A stretch of 64,000 bases of DNA from Candidatus Heimdallarchaeota archaeon (lineage in GTDB: Archaea; Asgardarchaeota; Heimdallarchaeia; Hodarchaeales; Hodarchaeaceae), in assembly GCA_020353515.1 (NCBI GenBank), contig CP070695.1, positions 737,065 to 801,064 of the forward strand. Reading direction: 5' to 3'. Shown piece after piece: positions 8,078 through 18,455 of this stretch (position 1 is the stretch's first letter; every line of letters starts with the position of its first letter). Position numbers and translations under genes: made by a program. The notes beneath the pieces are model-generated. The model did not search any database and was not told the origin of the DNA. It saw only the letters and a list, made by a program, of their open reading frames with translations.

Positions 8078-8612
8078 TCTGAATTAGCGTCTTTCATTAT
8101 ACTCTTTACATTTTCTCTCTGTTATTGATTGTGTTTCTATTTCAGAAAAATTTTGTTTAAAATATTTAAAAGGATACAACACAGTGTAGAAACTCCTGAT
8201 TGGAAAACATTTGATTAAAACTTCTGTAATCCAGTTTCAATCATAATTTCTTACTAATCTCATCGGTAAGAAGAAAAAGAAGTAGACCAACTGGTATAAA
8301 GTAGATGAGTAATCTAATTATTTTGTACTATTTTGGGCGATAGATTTCCCCTTATTTCCCTCATTCTTTAAGTGATGTTTGGTTTAAATGGTCTTAAGAT
8401 TATTTAACAATATTGTACTATACTTTGGAAGATTTTTTTGTGATTCAGCGGGTTAAATCAGGAAAAAATCAATGAAATAGTTTTTGTCAAACTGAAAATG
8501 AGTGAAAGTCGACTGGACTCAGAAATTTTTATCCCAGCTACTTTTGGTCAACCTCAATATGATTGAGCTACCAAGCGTTATCGTGAAACGTAGATGGAGT
8601 GCGATGCCAAGA

Positions 8613-8631
8613 GTAGAGTAAAGTTTATAAA
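8613..8631 (+). promoter_or_regulatory. BRE/TATA promoter of histone gene 1
   Basis: gtagagtaaagtttataaa; 18/19 identical to 9291-9309. Confidence 0.8.
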
Positions 8632-8654
8632 CTAGGGGATTTTCCGTAATACCA

Positions 8655-8676
8655 GTGAGGTGAAATAAAACCTCAC
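8655..8676 (+). promoter_or_regulatory. Inverted repeat at predicted TSS of histone gene 1
   Basis: gtgaggt-gaaataaa-acctcac, starting 31 nt after the first T of the TATA box. Confidence 0.7.
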
Positions 8677-8709
8677 ATTCGTTAACATTGAGAAAAGGTG
8701 AAAATAAAA

Positions 8710-8910
8710 ATGGGGTTTGCAAGAGCACGCGTCGAGAAGCTCATTAGAACTGCAGGCGCACACCGTGTGTCCGCGGAAGCGATTGATCGCCTAAATGAAG
8801 TTCTCACGAATTATGGCACTAACATTGCCAAATATGCTGTCGAGATTGCTCGTCACTCTGGTCGTAAGACAGTAAAAGAGTCCGACATTAAATTGGCAGC
8901 AACAAAGTAA
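8710..8910 (+). CDS. Archaeal histone (HMf-type), 66 aa
   Basis: Histone-fold motifs AGAHRVS and HSGRKTVKESDI; the ORF-track GTG at 8698 lies within the SD (aggtga), so ATG 8710 is the likely start. Confidence 0.97.
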   Translation: MGFARARVEKLIRTAGAHRVSAEAIDRLNEVLTNYGTNIAKYAVEIARHSGRKTVKESDIKLAATK

Positions 8911-8961
8911 GGTACCATTAGTCATCATTTACGGTACCCTTTCTTTTTCCCCCTTTTTTTT
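8911..8961 (+). terminator. Histone 1 3' hairpin plus T5C5T8 tract
   Basis: ggtacc...ggtacc inverted repeat followed by ctttttccccctttttttt. Confidence 0.6.
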
Positions 8962-9290
8962 GAATATCAATGTTTCTAATCTTTTCATTATTGTTTGAGT
9001 TGGTTCCCTATATGTTGTTTAAGGTTCAATTAAAGGGAGTAAACCAACCTATTTTTTTCATTTCTTATACTAAAATTAAATTTCGAGCTTTTCATTTGCT
9101 TTTAATGAGAAATTTTGAGAATTAGAGGTATTAAATACTGAATTAAGACTTTTGGGAAGAAGAGGCTTTTTTCCTCTTATCTTTAATCTTATTTCTTCTT
9201 CGCTTTTTATTCGCGCTTCTAAGACATCTACCATGATATGCCTTACCATACGTGATTTAAAGTAAGAAATACGCGGAAAAAACGACCGTG

Positions 9291-9309
9291 GTAGAGTAAG
9301 GTTTATAAA
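9291..9309 (+). promoter_or_regulatory. BRE/TATA promoter of histone gene 2
   Basis: gtagagtaaggtttataaa. Confidence 0.8.
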
Positions 9310-9333
9310 GGGGCAAAATTTCTGCTAATGTGT

Positions 9334-9354
9334 GTGAGTTGGGATAAAACTCAC
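9334..9354 (+). promoter_or_regulatory. Inverted repeat at predicted TSS of histone gene 2
   Basis: gtgagtt-gggataa-aactcac, starting 32 nt after the first T of the TATA box. Confidence 0.7.
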
Positions 9355-9374
9355 GAGAAAAGGTGAAACAAAAA

Positions 9375-9575
9375 ATGGGGTTTGCGCGCGCAAGAATTGA
9401 AAAACTCATTAGAAACGCTGGTGCACATCGAGTAAGTGCTGGAGCAATCGAGCGCTTGAACGAAATATTAACTGACTATAGCACTACCGTAGCAAAATAT
9501 GCAGTTGAAATTGCTCAACATTCTGGTCGTAAGACGGTAAAAGAGTCCGACATTAAACTCGCAGCTACAAAATAA
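9375..9575 (+). CDS. Archaeal histone (HMf-type), 66 aa, paralog of 8710-8910
   Basis: 56/66 residues identical to histone 1; same SD context gagaaaaggtgaaa. Confidence 0.97.
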   Translation: MGFARARIEKLIRNAGAHRVSAGAIERLNEILTDYSTTVAKYAVEIAQHSGRKTVKESDIKLAATK

Positions 9576-9601
9576 GGCACTAAAACGTCTTACGTTAAAT
9601 T

Positions 9602-9632
9602 GAGGACTTTCTCCTCTTTTTCCCCCTTTTTT
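9602..9632 (+). terminator. Histone 2 3' hairpin plus T5C5T6 tract
   Basis: gagga-ctttc-tcctc hairpin followed by tttttccccctttttt. Confidence 0.6.
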
Positions 9633-9663
9633 CTATAGTTCTGGCAACAAGTAAATCATTCTT

Positions 9664-10416
9664 TTACTGTTTCATGGCTTTTCCTTGATCAGCAACTTTT
9701 TGGATTGCTTTATTCACTTCTTCTGGATTCCCAAGATAATAATGTTTGATTGGTTTCAAGTTGTTATCAAGTTCATAAACAAGAGGAATTCCTGTTGGGA
9801 TGTTAAGTTTCAAAATTTCATCATTTGGTATATCATCTAAGTATTTTATTAAAGCACGAAGGCTATTTCCATGCGCAGAAATTAACACTTTATTCCCAGA
9901 TTTGATTGTAGGGAGAATCTTATCATGCCAATAGGGGAGAACTCGTGTAACAGTATCTTTAAGACATTCAGTCACAGGTATTTCGTTTTCCGCCAAACTG
10001 TGGTATTTTGGATCATTACCTGGATAACGTTCATCAGATTTCGAAAGTGCTGGAGGAGGAATATCGTAACTTCTTCTCCAAATTAAAACTTGTTTTTCAC
10101 CGTGCTTTATCGCGGTTTCAGCTTTATTTAGTCCTTGAAGTGCACCATAATGTCTTTCATTTAATTTCCAGGAGCGATAAACTGGAATCCACATCAGATC
10201 CATCTTATCTAAGACTATCCATAAGGTTCGGATAGCTCTCTTTAGAACTGATGTATAGGCTATGTCAAAAGTATACCTTTCATCTTTAAGGGCTTGAGCT
10301 GCTTCATTAGCTTCTTCAATCCCCTTCTTTGATAAATCTACGTCAGTCCAACCAGAAAAAAGGCCATCTTTATTCCATTCGGACTCGCCGTGGCGAAGAA
10401 ATACTATTTTATACAT
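9664..10416 (-). CDS. gpmA: 2,3-bisphosphoglycerate-dependent phosphoglycerate mutase
   Basis: [39 protein letters not shown]; start moved to ATG 10416, downstream of an aggtga SD. Confidence 0.97.
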   Translation of the reverse strand: MYKIVFLRHGESEWNKDGLFSGWTDVDLSKKGIEEANEAAQALKDERYTFDIAYTSVLKRAIRTLWIVLDKMDLMWIPVYRSWKLNERHYGALQGLNKAETAIKHGEKQVLIWRRSYDIPPPALSKSDERYPGNDPKYHSLAENEIPVTECLKDTVTRVLPYWHDKILPTIKSGNKVLISAHGNSLRALIKYLDDIPNDEILKLNIPTGIPLVYELDNNLKPIKHYYLGNPEEVNKAIQKVADQGKAMKQ

Positions 10417-10561
10417 TCTATCACCTGATTTCAACAAGTTTAAACTTAAAGTGTTTGTGAAAAGGAGTATTTTGCTTGAATTTTATAATATCTATCCGAT
10501 TTTTAAGAGTGACACTTTAAAAATGTGTTAAAAGTGAAAAATCAGAATTTAAGGGGACTTC

Positions 10562-11002
10562 TTAGTTAATCCAATATCGAATTGCTTTCATTCCCTTTCG
10601 TTCTTTTTTCGCAAAACCAGCTTTCACTAACTGATTAAGATATATTTCTTCTGTTGTTTTTTTTCTATGAGTTATTCGGGCGATATGGCCTGCAGTTACA
10701 GGTTCTTCAAAGCGCTTTAGGACAGTATAAGTTCGTCTAAGTTGTCTTGGAACAGGAGCAAACTTTTCATGAGTTTTTATTTCCAAAGCAATTTCTCTTG
10801 AAATTCCTGCTTGTCTGGAGTCCAGTATTAAATTTATAGCCTCTTTTACGGTAATAATCTTCTCTTTACTCTTCCAAGAGGTTTCAATACCAGTAAGTAT
10901 ATCATTGATTTGCATGTGACTGTTTTTGATGACTTCTAGCGCGCTAGGAGTGATTTGGAAATCCATTGCTTTTAATTTGTCTAATAAATCAGTTTCAGAC
11001 AT
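10562..11002 (-). CDS. Winged-helix DNA-binding protein with N-terminal PolD-DP1-N-like domain
   Basis: C-terminal wHTH (VTAGHIARITHRKKTTEEIYLNQLVKAGFAKKER); N-terminal LKAMDFQITPSA...IITVKEAINLI resembles the DP1 N-terminal helical domain. Confidence 0.6.
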   Translation of the reverse strand: MSETDLLDKLKAMDFQITPSALEVIKNSHMQINDILTGIETSWKSKEKIITVKEAINLILDSRQAGISREIALEIKTHEKFAPVPRQLRRTYTVLKRFEEPVTAGHIARITHRKKTTEEIYLNQLVKAGFAKKERKGMKAIRYWIN

Positions 11003-11339
11003 CAGAGCGCCTCAAATCTAAAAGAAATATTAAAAAACAGGCAAATATATATTCTTCTCTCTCAAAAGCTTTTCGCTTTAATCACTATCTGAAGACTAGC
11101 TGAAAAAACAATAAGGCATTTGTCAAATCTTCAAATATAACTTTTACTGAGAGTTTTTCAATCAGTAAAAAAGGGAAAACAAATATTATTTTAAGATTGT
11201 CTAGTTAGTACTCCATGAACTTCTTTAAAAACATTCAATTGAATTTATTAATAACTAAACAAAAATAGAGAGGGGGAGAGGTCCCTTGAACGAATATATG
11301 ACAAGATTTTTAAGTTAAAGAACTAGAAATCCTTTAGAA

Positions 11340-11822
11340 ATGAAGAAGTTCAAAGATATTCAGAAAACATGCATTTTCCAAGACAACAAAATCTGTACAT
11401 ATTGGTCTAAAACAACACAGTGTCATTTTGTTGCGTGTCCTCTCTTCTCTTATAAACTCCCAAATCAAACCAAAAAGGGGATTCAAAAGAGGATGACGGA
11501 TTCCATTTCGTTTGATATCAATGATTTTGATATTACTAGTACTACAACAATTGATTTGATTAAAGAATCTCGGGAAAATGAATTAAGACATCCAAAACAA
11601 GACATAAAGAAAATAAGAGAATCTAGCGTTATGAGGAAACCAGTACAACGCATGAGGTGTATCGTTTGTGGAGAATTCATAACTGATGATAAATTTTCGA
11701 CTATTCGGGATCCCAACGGTATGATCATCTATATCCATTCTAAGGGGAAATGTCAAGCTAGAAAAGAGCAAGTTCTTACTGTTAGGGAAAAATGGCTGAA
11801 AACACATACTTCTGATACATAG
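11340..11822 (+). CDS. Hypothetical zinc-binding protein
   Basis: N-terminal C-x6-C-x8-C-x4-C and C-terminal CIVC...H-x4-C clusters. Confidence 0.6.
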   Translation: MKKFKDIQKTCIFQDNKICTYWSKTTQCHFVACPLFSYKLPNQTKKGIQKRMTDSISFDINDFDITSTTTIDLIKESRENELRHPKQDIKKIRESSVMRKPVQRMRCIVCGEFITDDKFSTIRDPNGMIIYIHSKGKCQARKEQVLTVREKWLKTHTSDT

Positions 11823-12054
11823 TAGTCTTAAGGACTTTAATTTCTGATTAAAATCCTAAAAAAAGGAGATCACTACTTCTAGTCGTTCCTCTCCGCCTTA
11901 ACAATTCATCTACAGCCCCATGCAATGAAAACTGTATTCAATGTGAAAAGTTCTCTCATCGGATTTGTGTTGGTTGCCCCCAAGTTAAAGAATATAGAGT
12001 TAGGTTACAAATCAAAGCTAGGAGGTAAAAAAAAGAAGGATTAGTATAAAAAAC

Positions 12055-13977
12055 CTAATCCTTGAATTCTTCTTTTATTTTGTATCTTTCAACGAGTTTT
12101 GCCATTTCTTCGCCAAGCTTTGTTAAGTCTTGAGCCGAAGTGGTCATCTGATTCATAGCGGCAGTTTGTTCTTCTGTTGCAGCAGCTACTTCTTCACTCG
12201 ACGCACTGAATTCTTCTGATTGAGCAGCAAATCCTTGTAACGTTTCTTGAAGGCCAGTTACACTTCCTCCAATATTAGAAACAATATCCTCTGTTAAATT
12301 ACTGATTTCAGACGAATTATTCTTAGTTTCCTCTGCTAAACGACGGACATTATCTGCAACGACTGCAAATCCTCTACCATATTCACCTGCACGAGCTGCC
12401 TCTATAGCTGCATTCAAAGCTAATATGTTTGTCTGCCCTGCTATGTCTTCAATGACCTGCAAAGTACTTTCAATGTCACGAAGAGACTTATCAATAACCT
12501 CAGACATTCTTGTTAAGTCTTCAATGGCTTTTGTAGATAATTCCGATTGATTTGCTGCTCCACGACTAATTTGTTGAATGGTTGCCGCGATTTCTTCACT
12601 GAGCGCATTTACTTCCTCCGAAGTAGAAGCTAATTCCTCGGCAGATGAAGCAACTTCTTCCGCAGATGTTTGTGAGCTGTAAATAAAACCATTCAGATTA
12701 TCTACCATTATTGAAAACGATTTACTAAGTTTTCCAAGCTCATCACTTCTGTCAAAGTCAAGACCTTCAGTTCCACGAGATAAATCACCATTGGCAATTG
12801 TTTCCGTAACTTTTGACATTTTATCAATCGGTCTAGCTAATGACATGGCTATGACAACAGAGCCTACAACTGCTAAACTCCCTAAGATAACTGCTAATAA
12901 AACAGATGTTATCACGTGATTATTAATTTCATTATCAATATGAGCAGCCTCTTCAACGAAAAATAAGGAATAATCCCAATTATTTGATTCTTCGAAGTAA
13001 GCAAAATAGGTAACTCCACCAATATTGATTCTCCGATAACCATTTGGTAATTCATTATTTGCGAGACTATCAAAAATCGGCTTGTTTGCGGAATTTGTGG
13101 ATGAAATAACCCCATTGAGTTCGGTTCCCACAAGAGAGGCATCAAGATGTGCAAAAATCATACCATCCGTAGTAACACTGAATACTGAACGGCCCTGTCT
13201 TTCCATCTCTAATAATATTTCTTCTTGAGTGTGTTCTTCATGTTCACCAGTAGCTTCTTCAAGTGAATGGAATAAAACAGTTTCAGCAAAAATGTCATTC
13301 ATCGATCCTACTTCAAATCCCGCTTTAATCATTCCTATGAAGGTTCCATTAGGGAGAACTACTTCTTGGCAAATATCCATTAAGTACTGTCCTGTACTGT
13401 CGTCATACCCGTACTCAACAAATTGACCAGTTGTCGTAGCTCGAGCTGCGATCCACCAATCTTCATCTTCCTGAAGAAAGTCACCTGGTACTGAATGTGT
13501 ACTAGCAAAGACATAACCACGAGCATCTGTGATGAAAATCTCAGCAAAATGGTGATACGTAGCAAAATCATCAAGATATAATGACAATTCTGAATCAATG
13601 TCATTCTCTGGATTCCATGGTACCGATGTTTTGTTATTTTTCATATTTTCATCGTTATCATAGTTTGCCCCTTCATAACTGTTCCAAAGTTCTAACATAT
13701 CTTTCTCTGTCGCAGTTTCCGCAACTCTAAATACTCCTGGACTTTCTGCTAGTGTAGTAGCAATTTCCGCTGCTTCTATCAAAATGTCATCACTAATGTG
13801 TAATAAATCGCCCGCTCTATCTTCGAGATCATGTTCCATTGTTGCATATAGTTCAGTTTGAAGGGTATTAGTACTTATAACTGTAACTATTGCTAAAGGA
13901 ACCATAGATACAACTAGTGCTAGTAATGCTATTTTATACGCAATCTTATCTAGTTTAATAATATTAGGTAGTTTCAT
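12055..13977 (-). CDS. Methyl-accepting chemotaxis protein (Cache-like sensor, HAMP, MCP signalling domain)
   Basis: Two TM helices; HAMP ([12 protein letters not shown]); [30 protein letters not shown] hairpin tip. Confidence 0.95.
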   Translation of the reverse strand: MKLPNIIKLDKIAYKIALLALVVSMVPLAIVTVISTNTLQTELYATMEHDLEDRAGDLLHISDDILIEAAEIATTLAESPGVFRVAETATEKDMLELWNSYEGANYDNDENMKNNKTSVPWNPENDIDSELSLYLDDFATYHHFAEIFITDARGYVFASTHSVPGDFLQEDEDWWIAARATTTGQFVEYGYDDSTGQYLMDICQEVVLPNGTFIGMIKAGFEVGSMNDIFAETVLFHSLEEATGEHEEHTQEEILLEMERQGRSVFSVTTDGMIFAHLDASLVGTELNGVISSTNSANKPIFDSLANNELPNGYRRINIGGVTYFAYFEESNNWDYSLFFVEEAAHIDNEINNHVITSVLLAVILGSLAVVGSVVIAMSLARPIDKMSKVTETIANGDLSRGTEGLDFDRSDELGKLSKSFSIMVDNLNGFIYSSQTSAEEVASSAEELASTSEEVNALSEEIAATIQQISRGAANQSELSTKAIEDLTRMSEVIDKSLRDIESTLQVIEDIAGQTNILALNAAIEAARAGEYGRGFAVVADNVRRLAEETKNNSSEISNLTEDIVSNIGGSVTGLQETLQGFAAQSEEFSASSEEVAAATEEQTAAMNQMTTSAQDLTKLGEEMAKLVERYKIKEEFKD

Positions 13978-14167
13978 TCACCAAACCTCTTGAATTGTAT
14001 TCATTTAATTCGTTCTTTATTTAGTATATTTTCCTCATATTTTTATTCGATATATTATAGTATTATATTGCATTAATTATATATAAAAATAATCAAATGA
14101 ATTTAGTGATCAAAATCAAGAAAAAGCTTCAATGTGAATTTAAATCAATAAAAACATTATTCTATTC

Positions 14168-14528
14168 GGTGATGAAATTCTACTTGACCAATGATTTTAA
14201 AACTTAATTATCAATCCATAGATACTTTGAGCTCTTCATAAACCGATCCACGAATTAAAATCTCGCTAATAGAACACAAAGGAGTTGTAAAAATCAGTAT
14301 CATGGACAAGATATGGGAATAGAGAAAGAACATCTCGAATGAATCTTTGAATCCTTCTTCATAACCAAAAGGGTTGGAGAGGGCTCAGGCCTGGGATTGC
14401 TAATAACTAGAGGAATAATTGAACAACATAAAGATAACATTACAATTACTAGGACTTTTGGTAAAGAAACTGAAGCTCTAATAACCTTACCACGGAAAAT
14501 TGTCTATTTCTATTATCAATGGGATTAG
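14168..14528 (+). pseudogene. Decayed histidine kinase HATPase_c fragment
   Basis: Conceptual translation GDEILLDQ*F*NLIIN/IDTL...GIEKEHLE*IFESFFITKRVGEGSGLGLLITRGIIEQH...LITLP with several stops and frameshifts; N, F and G2 boxes recognisable. Confidence 0.85.
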
Positions 14529-14657
14529 TAATAATAGCTAGAATTAATTAGAATAGATTTTTTCGTTTTCTGTTTGACTCTGAGATGTAATCTGGAAAAG
14601 CATTTTAAGAAAGAAAAGAAAAAACTCCTTTTAATTGAAAAAAAGGAAAAAACAACA

Positions 14658-16697
14658 ATGTCAATCAAAAGCGAGGATTTTGTACAGTTAAAAATTCCAA
14701 ACTCTCCTACGCTTTCTCCAGATGGTAAGAAGTTGGCATTTTTGATCAAGGAAGTAGATCAAAAGAAAAATCAATATAGAAGTCCAATCTATTTAAAAAC
14801 TGAAGGAGAAAATGAATATAAGCGATTTACTGCAGGAACTCATGTGGACACTACTCCTCAATTTTCCCCGTCAGGGGAGTATTTAGGTTTTCTTTCATCT
14901 CGGGCTGAAAAAGGGATACAAGTCTTCATAATGCCTGTAACTGGGGGAGAAGCTTTTCAGGTGACAAATTTTCCACATGGGGTAATGGCTTTTAATTGGA
15001 GTCACGATAGTAAATCAATTCATGTTATTTCTCGTGTTAACGAACTCGAAATTGAACTAATTTTGAATCCAGAAAAAGAAATTCCTCCCTCTTTTGTCTT
15101 AGAACCAGCCAAATATGATGCATATTTTTCTAAAAAAGAGAAGTTAAAAACATTAAAAACTGATCCTCGAGTTATTACTGAAGGTTATTGTAGGGAAGGA
15201 ACGTCATACTTAGATGGACGTTTTACTCAACCTTTCGTTGTCGATATTTCAGATTTTAACAGTTATTCGGAAAAAGAAGAACCAATGAAAGCCATTCATT
15301 TAGGAGAGCATGGATTTCATTTTGGTTTAGGAACATTCAGCTTTGATGATTCAAAATTGTTCTTATCAAAGTATCAAGAAGATCCAACCATTTCCCTAAC
15401 TCAAGAGATCGTGCAAGTATCTATTTCTGATCCTGCAAACAAAATTACACTGGGTACAACTTTTAGGTGGGTAGAGAATCTTCAAATATCACCAAATGGG
15501 AAATATCTTTCCTTTCACTCAATTAGAGAAGAAATGATCTATGATGATACCCAAATTTTCCTCTTTGATTTGGAAAAAGCCGAACCGGATAGATTTATTT
15601 GCGTTACAGATAAATATGAACGTTCAGTAACACAATCTCTTTGGTTTGATGATGATTCTCTCGTTTTTTTAAGTCCAAATAATGGAAAAATAAACATCCA
15701 TAAATTAGATGTTAACACAAAGGAAGTCAAAATTTTAGTTCAGGGGGATAGAAACATAAATTCATTTTCTATTTCTAAAAACACCAATCATATTGCTTAC
15801 GAAGTATCTCATGTCTCATTTCCTAGTGATATTTTTTGGTGTAATGGTGACGGTTCTCAAGAAGAGCGGATAACTCAAGCAAATAAAGAATATTTAGAAA
15901 CACATACTCCTGCGAAAACAGAAGAGTTTTCTTATGAGCGAGAGGGAGTTATATTTCAAGGTTGGTTGTTAACCCCACCTGATTATGATCCCAATGAAAA
16001 ATTACCTGTTGTTCTTGAAATACATGGTGGGCCAGCTGTTATGTGGACTCCACATGAAAAAACCTTGTGGCATGAATGGAATTCAATTATATCGCAAGGA
16101 TATGCAGTTGTATTCTGCAATCCTAGAGGCTCTGATGGATATGGTATTGATTTCCGAGCTGCTGTGTTTAAAAATTGGGGGAAAACTGCTGCCAATGATA
16201 TATTGAAAGCATTAGACATAGCTTTAGCAAAATACCCCTTTCTTGACCCAAATAGACTAGCTGTTACTGGTGGGAGTTATGGAGGGTATATGACCTCATG
16301 GCTTGTTACTCAGACCAATCGTTTTAAAGCAGCAATCAGCCAACGAGGTGTTTATGAGTTTGTGGCTTTTAGTACAACAACAGACATTCCTATTTGGTTT
16401 GAGAAACAGTATGAAGGAGAAATAATTGATCGCTTAACAGATATTTGGAAAGACTCTCCTGTAGCTCATGTTAGAAACATACAAACACCTCTTCTGATTA
16501 TCCATTCTGAAAATGACTATCGTGCACCTATTATTAATGCTGAGCAATTATTTTGGCTAGCTAAGCGCTACAGAAAAATTATAGAATTTGTTCGATATCC
16601 CAGAGACGGTCATGAGCTTTCCCGAAGTGGTGAACCTCGTCACATCATTGATCGGATAAATCGGATAGTCAAATGGATTCAAAAATATAACAAGTAA
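14658..16697 (+). CDS. S9 family (acylaminoacyl/dipeptidyl) peptidase
   Basis: Beta-propeller SPDG repeats; IHGGP; catalytic GGSYGG, ENDYR, GHELSRSG; likely start ATG 14658. Confidence 0.95.
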   Translation: MSIKSEDFVQLKIPNSPTLSPDGKKLAFLIKEVDQKKNQYRSPIYLKTEGENEYKRFTAGTHVDTTPQFSPSGEYLGFLSSRAEKGIQVFIMPVTGGEAFQVTNFPHGVMAFNWSHDSKSIHVISRVNELEIELILNPEKEIPPSFVLEPAKYDAYFSKKEKLKTLKTDPRVITEGYCREGTSYLDGRFTQPFVVDISDFNSYSEKEEPMKAIHLGEHGFHFGLGTFSFDDSKLFLSKYQEDPTISLTQEIVQVSISDPANKITLGTTFRWVENLQISPNGKYLSFHSIREEMIYDDTQIFLFDLEKAEPDRFICVTDKYERSVTQSLWFDDDSLVFLSPNNGKINIHKLDVNTKEVKILVQGDRNINSFSISKNTNHIAYEVSHVSFPSDIFWCNGDGSQEERITQANKEYLETHTPAKTEEFSYEREGVIFQGWLLTPPDYDPNEKLPVVLEIHGGPAVMWTPHEKTLWHEWNSIISQGYAVVFCNPRGSDGYGIDFRAAVFKNWGKTAANDILKALDIALAKYPFLDPNRLAVTGGSYGGYMTSWLVTQTNRFKAAISQRGVYEFVAFSTTTDIPIWFEKQYEGEIIDRLTDIWKDSPVAHVRNIQTPLLIIHSENDYRAPIINAEQLFWLAKRYRKIIEFVRYPRDGHELSRSGEPRHIIDRINRIVKWIQKYNK

Positions 16698-16712
16698 AAG
16701 GATTATACTCTG

Positions 16713-18329
16713 ATGGCTGTGAAATTCTGGCGACGTCCTCATTCTGGCCGTTCTGCTGTGCATGCATGCAACGGAATGGTGGTGTCATCTCAACCGCTTG
16801 CATCCCAGACTGGAGTTCGGATTCTTGAAGCTGGTGGGAATGCTTGTGATGCTATTGTAGCAATGGCAGCGGTTTTGAATGTCGTTGAACCCTTTTCAAC
16901 AGGTATTGGAGGGGATGCCTTTGCTCTATTATACCTACCCAGTGAAAAGACCCTTAAATCAATCAATGGATCAGGTTTTGCCCCAAAGGGGTTGTCTTAC
17001 GATTATCTTGTAAATGAATTAAAATTAGATCAAATACCAAAAATGGGAGTATTACCAATTACGGTGCCTGGGGCAGTTGGTGCATGGGGGCTGATTCATG
17101 AAACATATGGAAGACTTCAATGGGAAGATATTCTACAGCCAGCTATACAATATGCTCAAGATGGATTCCCAGTTAGCCCTGTTATCGCTCAAGTTTGGAA
17201 AGAATTAGTTCCCAAACTCCTCAGTCATCAAGGGGCTAAAAAAACTTATTTAATTAATGATCAGAGAGCGCCATTAATAGGAGAAATTTTCAAACAAAAA
17301 AATCTCGGTTCGACATTAAGAATCATTTCCAAACAAGGAGCTGACGCATTTTACAGAGGAGATCTTTCAAACCAAATAGTTGAATTTCTACAACAAGAAG
17401 GTGGATTTATTCAAACATCAGACCTTAAAAATTATAAAGCTGAATGGACAACACCGGTCTCACGAGAGATTTACAATAATATAGTGTGGGAACATGGGCC
17501 GAATGGCCAAGGTTTAGTAACTCTTCTTATTCTTAGCATTGTCGAAGAATTAGATATAGCTAGGTATCCACATAATTCAGCAGATTACTTACACTATCTG
17601 GTCGAAGCCAAAAAATTAGCTTTTGCTGATGCTTTTGCCAACATAGCTGATCCTGATCATATGACAATTCCTCTTTCTAAATTTCTATCCGAAGAATATG
17701 CTCAAACTCATGCTTCCCAAATCAATCCTCGGCAAGCAATGATGTCAATTCCCACTCCTCTCCAATTAGGTGACGATACAGTCTATCTTACTGCAGCCGA
17801 TAAGGATGGTATGGCCGTTTCGTTTATTAATTCACTCTTTTATGGTTTTGGTTCTGGTGTAGTCGATCCAAATACAGGGATTGCTTTTCAAAATCGTGGT
17901 GCAGGCTTTTCACTAATTAAAGGCCACCCAAACCAATACATGCCAAATAAACGACCATTTCACACTATTATCCCGGGAATGATAACCTCCCCTGAAAATG
18001 AATTACTATATTCTTTCGGAGTGATGGGAGGTCATCACCAACCTCAAGGTCAAGCACAGGTATTCCTGAATCTTATTTTACAAGAGATGGATCCACAAGA
18101 TGCTATTAGTTGTCCACGATTTCATCACGATCAGTTTACAAACACAGTTGCGTTTGAAGAGCCTATTGGGATAGGAGTGCGAAGTGAACTTCGGAAACGG
18201 GGGCATTCGATTCTAGATTCTGTTGGAACAAACTTTGGTGGGGGACAAATCATCCAGCGTAACTTATCCACAGGTTGTTATATTGGTGGATCTGACCCAC
18301 GGAAAGATGGACAAGTACAGGGCTTTTAA
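16713..18329 (+). CDS. ggt: Gamma-glutamyltransferase
   Basis: GIGGDAF, TVPGAV, DTVYL (Thr nucleophile), FQNRG, KRPFHTIIP, GVMGG, SDPRKDG. Confidence 0.95.
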   Translation: MAVKFWRRPHSGRSAVHACNGMVVSSQPLASQTGVRILEAGGNACDAIVAMAAVLNVVEPFSTGIGGDAFALLYLPSEKTLKSINGSGFAPKGLSYDYLVNELKLDQIPKMGVLPITVPGAVGAWGLIHETYGRLQWEDILQPAIQYAQDGFPVSPVIAQVWKELVPKLLSHQGAKKTYLINDQRAPLIGEIFKQKNLGSTLRIISKQGADAFYRGDLSNQIVEFLQQEGGFIQTSDLKNYKAEWTTPVSREIYNNIVWEHGPNGQGLVTLLILSIVEELDIARYPHNSADYLHYLVEAKKLAFADAFANIADPDHMTIPLSKFLSEEYAQTHASQINPRQAMMSIPTPLQLGDDTVYLTAADKDGMAVSFINSLFYGFGSGVVDPNTGIAFQNRGAGFSLIKGHPNQYMPNKRPFHTIIPGMITSPENELLYSFGVMGGHHQPQGQAQVFLNLILQEMDPQDAISCPRFHHDQFTNTVAFEEPIGIGVRSELRKRGHSILDSVGTNFGGGQIIQRNLSTGCYIGGSDPRKDGQVQGF

Positions 18330-18455
18330 TATTCCAGTTATGCTTGATTAGACCTCCTCATTTCTAATATTTTAGTACGAATCCCATAAAAGAGCTTATA
18401 TTTGTAAGATTAACGAAAGGTTTTATATTATCGGTCAATTATGTGAGATCAATAA

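Noticed and set aside
8519-8728. 69-aa minus-strand ORF
   Set aside because: Antisense to the histone promoter and 5' end; shadow ORF.
9602-9616. True metazoan-type histone 3' stem-loop
   Set aside because: The stem is 5 bp with a 5-nt loop, does not match the GGYYYU-UUUC-AGRRCC consensus, and is absent from the paralog.
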